This document shows positions 17,975-20,000 of a stretch of DNA of 20,000 bases, one piece after another. Position numbers and translations under genes: made by a program. The DNA comes from an uncultured virus (IMG/VR IMGVR_UViG_3300042398_000857) (taxonomy: Duplodnaviria; Heunggongvirae; Uroviricota; Caudoviricetes): the IMG/VR virus record IMGVR_UViG_3300042398_000857; one strand, written 5' to 3'. How positions within the stretch are numbered: the stretch's first letter is position 1; the number at the start of each line of letters is the position of its first letter. Under the pieces are notes generated by a model. It was not told where the DNA came from and searched no databases. It was given only the letters and a program-made list of their open reading frames with translations.

Positions 17975-18648
17975 ATTTTTATTTTTGAATAATCAAGTGG
18001 TGCAAAAGTTGATCTGTTACTAATTCCTGCATCGGTATTTGCTTTTTCAGCAGCACTTGGTATATAATCCGGTGATCCCACTTTAGGTTCATACTTTGGT
18101 TCTGGTAATTTACCAGTTTGGTAATACTCTTTTCCAAGAGAGATTGTATTAGATATTAATTGCTTAAAGTCTTCCAGTAATGCATAAAATGTATCAGTCA
18201 TTCCATTTAATAGTCCTTCTGAGATAACCTGAACTAATATTTTTTTCCCTTCTCCAGTTGCTACCACGACAATCACCGCACTATTAATAGCCGCAGTTCC
18301 TAATCCAATAGCTGAGGCAATCACACCACCAAATGGTAAAATACGTAATAACTGTGAAAAACCAGAAAATGTTTTAAGGAATACACTCGCAGCAAGGATC
18401 AATACTAGTTTTTCAACTAATATATCGAAATGTTTCTTTTCTTCCAGATCATATTGTTGTTTTGTAATCTGTTTTGATTCCAATTGCTTTTGAAGTTTAT
18501 ATTTTGCCCACATGTAAGAACCAAATATATATCCTGCTCCCAATAGATTAGCAATCTTTAAGATATTCCCCATTCCTGTACCAAGAGTAGATAAGAATCC
18601 TTCATTTATATTTTCATTCTTATTTTCAATAATTTCTTTAACTTTCAT
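17971..18648 (-). CDS. Hypothetical late protein with hydrophobic (TM-like) segments; candidate internal head / ejection protein
   Basis: 225 aa; N-terminus MKVKEIIE...INEG contains I-x-E sites; 2-3 hydrophobic stretches; TAAATA upstream; its stop overlaps the convergent ORF's stop in TTAA (17971-17974). Confidence 0.65.
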   Translation of the reverse strand: MKVKEIIENKNENINEGFLSTLGTGMGNILKIANLLGAGYIFGSYMWAKYKLQKQLESKQITKQQYDLEEKKHFDILVEKLVLILAASVFLKTFSGFSQLLRILPFGGVIASAIGLGTAAINSAVIVVVATGEGKKILVQVISEGLLNGMTDTFYALLEDFKQLISNTISLGKEYYQTGKLPEPKYEPKVGSPDYIPSAAEKANTDAGISNRSTFAPLDYSKIKI

Positions 18649-18673
18649 ACGTAATTATCCATATATTATTCAT

Positions 18674-18681
18674 TATTTATC
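18674..18681 (-). promoter_or_regulatory. Late promoter motif GATAAATA
   Basis: 25 nt upstream of the ATG at 18648. Confidence 0.55.
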
Positions 18682-18692
18682 ATATCATGTAG

Positions 18693-18749
18693 AGGTGAAC
18701 GGAGTTCACCTGGTCTTCGCTAACGCTCATCCCATATTCGCTAACGCTC
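18693..18749. repeat. Perfect hairpin AGGTGAAC-GGA-GTTCACCT followed by two 13-bp direct repeats TTCGCTAACGCTC with 21-bp period
   Basis: Hairpin 18693-18711; repeats 18716-18728 and 18737-18749. Confidence 0.85.
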
Positions 18750-18784
18750 TTAATTCAATAATGATAAAACATCTTACCCCTGTA

Positions 18785-19190
18785 CATATTCATCTAGATT
18801 ACGATTTACACACTTTTGCCCCCTTTCGGGAGCAAAAAAATAATTTCATCTGAGTTGACTTCATTACCTAGCGTTACACTGATTACAGAGGCGGTTGGCC
18901 GTTACCTCGAAGTGCGTCTTTTGTTTCTATGTTCCAACGGTGGCATTAGGAAAATACGCTAGTCATATTCCTAATACGTCTGGGAATTACCCAGTCATTT
19001 AGCCTTTTTTCATTTGTTCAAAGATATAAAATTGGTTTTACTGAAGGCGTATCCAATCATCATCCACAACACGAGGTGTGGGTAGTTATATCAGTCACTG
19101 CTTCTGCTCAGTTGTTACGCTCAATGCGAAGAACATTCCATTGCCAACGGCACCTATCAAACCACCGGTGCGAGTGTATCAGAAGTTTTA
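18785..19190 (-). ncRNA. Candidate large structured non-coding RNA (class unidentified)
   Basis: No ORF in the track; more GC-rich than its flanks; at least 7 stems; G-U wobbles and a GAAA tetraloop favour the minus strand; two loop-to-distal complementarities suggest pseudoknots. Boundaries approximate. Confidence 0.55.
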
Positions 19191-19237
19191 TTGCCTATAA
19201 ATGCCTTAAATTGTGTGGTTAATTTGCCTGATGATAT

Positions 19238-20000
19238 CTATTGTGTGCCTTTTATATCGTTTATTATAGATACATAATAATCTGTTTTTTTCGAAATGGT
19301 CCAAACTAATCTATATATGGAATCGGTCTCAATAGCAATCTCCTTTACTGATATACCATTGCTCAATAATCTAGTGATATTAACATATCTTTCCAAATCA
19401 TTTTCTACCTTTTTTCTAGTAGTATCATATCCACGTTTTATATTTGACTGCCGGGTTGCGTTCTTGTGTTCTTCACTCAATATTTTATTCATTTCTGAAC
19501 GCCGAATGGAATGTTCTTTTTTTCTAATTGGGTTATTATCCCAATTTTTTTTCATTGCAGTTATATGGGTGTCTGATAATTTTTTACCCTTTGTTGCTTT
19601 ACTTATGTTTTCTTTCCAAGTCTCAATTTGTTTTTCATCCATTTTATAGTAACATGGTTTTCCATACATGTTATTATTTTTGCCTTTGTGTTTGCCTATA
19701 TTTGCCTGTCTTAATTTTTCTTTAGTTTCATCGGAATGTTTACCGTGTTTCATTTTACCATCTAGAAATTGCTGTTTTGCATAATTGCTTAACAATTTTT
19801 TTAATTTGGCTGCTTTTTCAACACCATATAATTCATCAAATGATTTATTTTTGTTATGAGGGATTTTGCCAAACATTGGATTATTTTCACCTCTGTAATG
19901 GTCATCCAACCATTTTTCATAATCCGCCACAGTCATTTTAGTTATTGTGTAGTCATCTCCTGTGAGGATTTTACTTATCGCTATTCTAGTTTCATCAGCT
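19238..20000 (-). CDS. C-terminal part of a NUMOD3-repeat homing endonuclease-like protein (catalytic domain, e.g. GIY-YIG or HNH, presumably beyond the window end)
   Basis: Frame is open from 19936 to the window edge (...ADETRIAISKILTGDDYTITKMTVAD...). NUMOD3-like motifs GKHSDETKEKLRQANIG, GKKLSDTHITAMK and LSEEHKNATR; G-x-NN-x-M-[FY]-GK twice; C-terminal HTH-like LLSNGISVKEIAIET. Confidence 0.75.
   Translation of the reverse strand, partial: ADETRIAISKILTGDDYTITKMTVADYEKWLDDHYRGENNPMFGKIPHNKNKSFDELYGVEKAAKLKKLLSNYAKQQFLDGKMKHGKHSDETKEKLRQANIGKHKGKNNNMYGKPCYYKMDEKQIETWKENISKATKGKKLSDTHITAMKKNWDNNPIRKKEHSIRRSEMNKILSEEHKNATRQSNIKRGYDTTRKKVENDLERYVNITRLLSNGISVKEIAIETDSIYRLVWTISKKTDYYVSIINDIKGTQ

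Noticed and set aside
18716..18749. Possible mini-CRISPR array
   Set aside because: Only two 13-bp repeats with an 8-bp gap, too short for CRISPR repeat-spacer units; no cas genes in view.
18785..19237. Group I or II intron, tmRNA, RNase P, tRNA or hammerhead ribozyme as identity of the non-coding block
   Set aside because: No recognisable P7/J8-7 or domain V motifs and no interrupted exon (the downstream gene has its own start and promoter); no TpsiC arm or CCA end; AGAUGAA is not the hammerhead CUGANGA core. A divergent member cannot be excluded without Infernal.
19296..19725. Two hydrophobic plus-strand ORFs (117 aa, 65 aa)
   Set aside because: Antisense shadows of the Lys-rich NUMOD3 gene (AAA read as TTT), not real membrane proteins.
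1..20000. Stop-codon reassignment, as seen in some large phages
   Set aside because: All conserved genes are full length in code 11, coding density is high, and TGA (portal) and TAG (endonuclease) appear as ordinary stops.

Overview
A late (virion morphogenesis) region of an AT-rich, T4-like large myophage, read in the standard genetic code. The minus strand carries a tape-measure-like gene, portal (gp20), two small or acidic core-region genes, prohead protease (gp21), scaffold (gp22), a compact major capsid protein (gp23), a Gly/Thr-rich virion protein and three large virion or fibre-like genes, the last truncated by the window start. A gp26/gp51-like baseplate-hub/tail-chaperone pair is transcribed divergently on the plus strand. 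At the right end are a membrane-type ORF, a ~590 nt non-coding block and the 3' part of a NUMOD3 homing-endonuclease-like gene. TAAATA (T4 late-type) promoter motifs precede several genes. The main observations: (1) seven ~160-aa helical repeats in two virion proteins align by eye with phycobiliprotein globin-like subunits, including the C-x-R-D bilin site; (2) a ~400 nt candidate structured RNA with two putative pseudoknots lies directly downstream of the endonuclease gene, next to a GNA-triloop hairpin and 21-bp-phased direct repeats; (3) a T-TTT-TTC -1 slippery site would fuse the gp26-like and gp51-like ORFs, as in G/GT tail chaperones. All homology calls come from motif recognition by eye; no searches were run.
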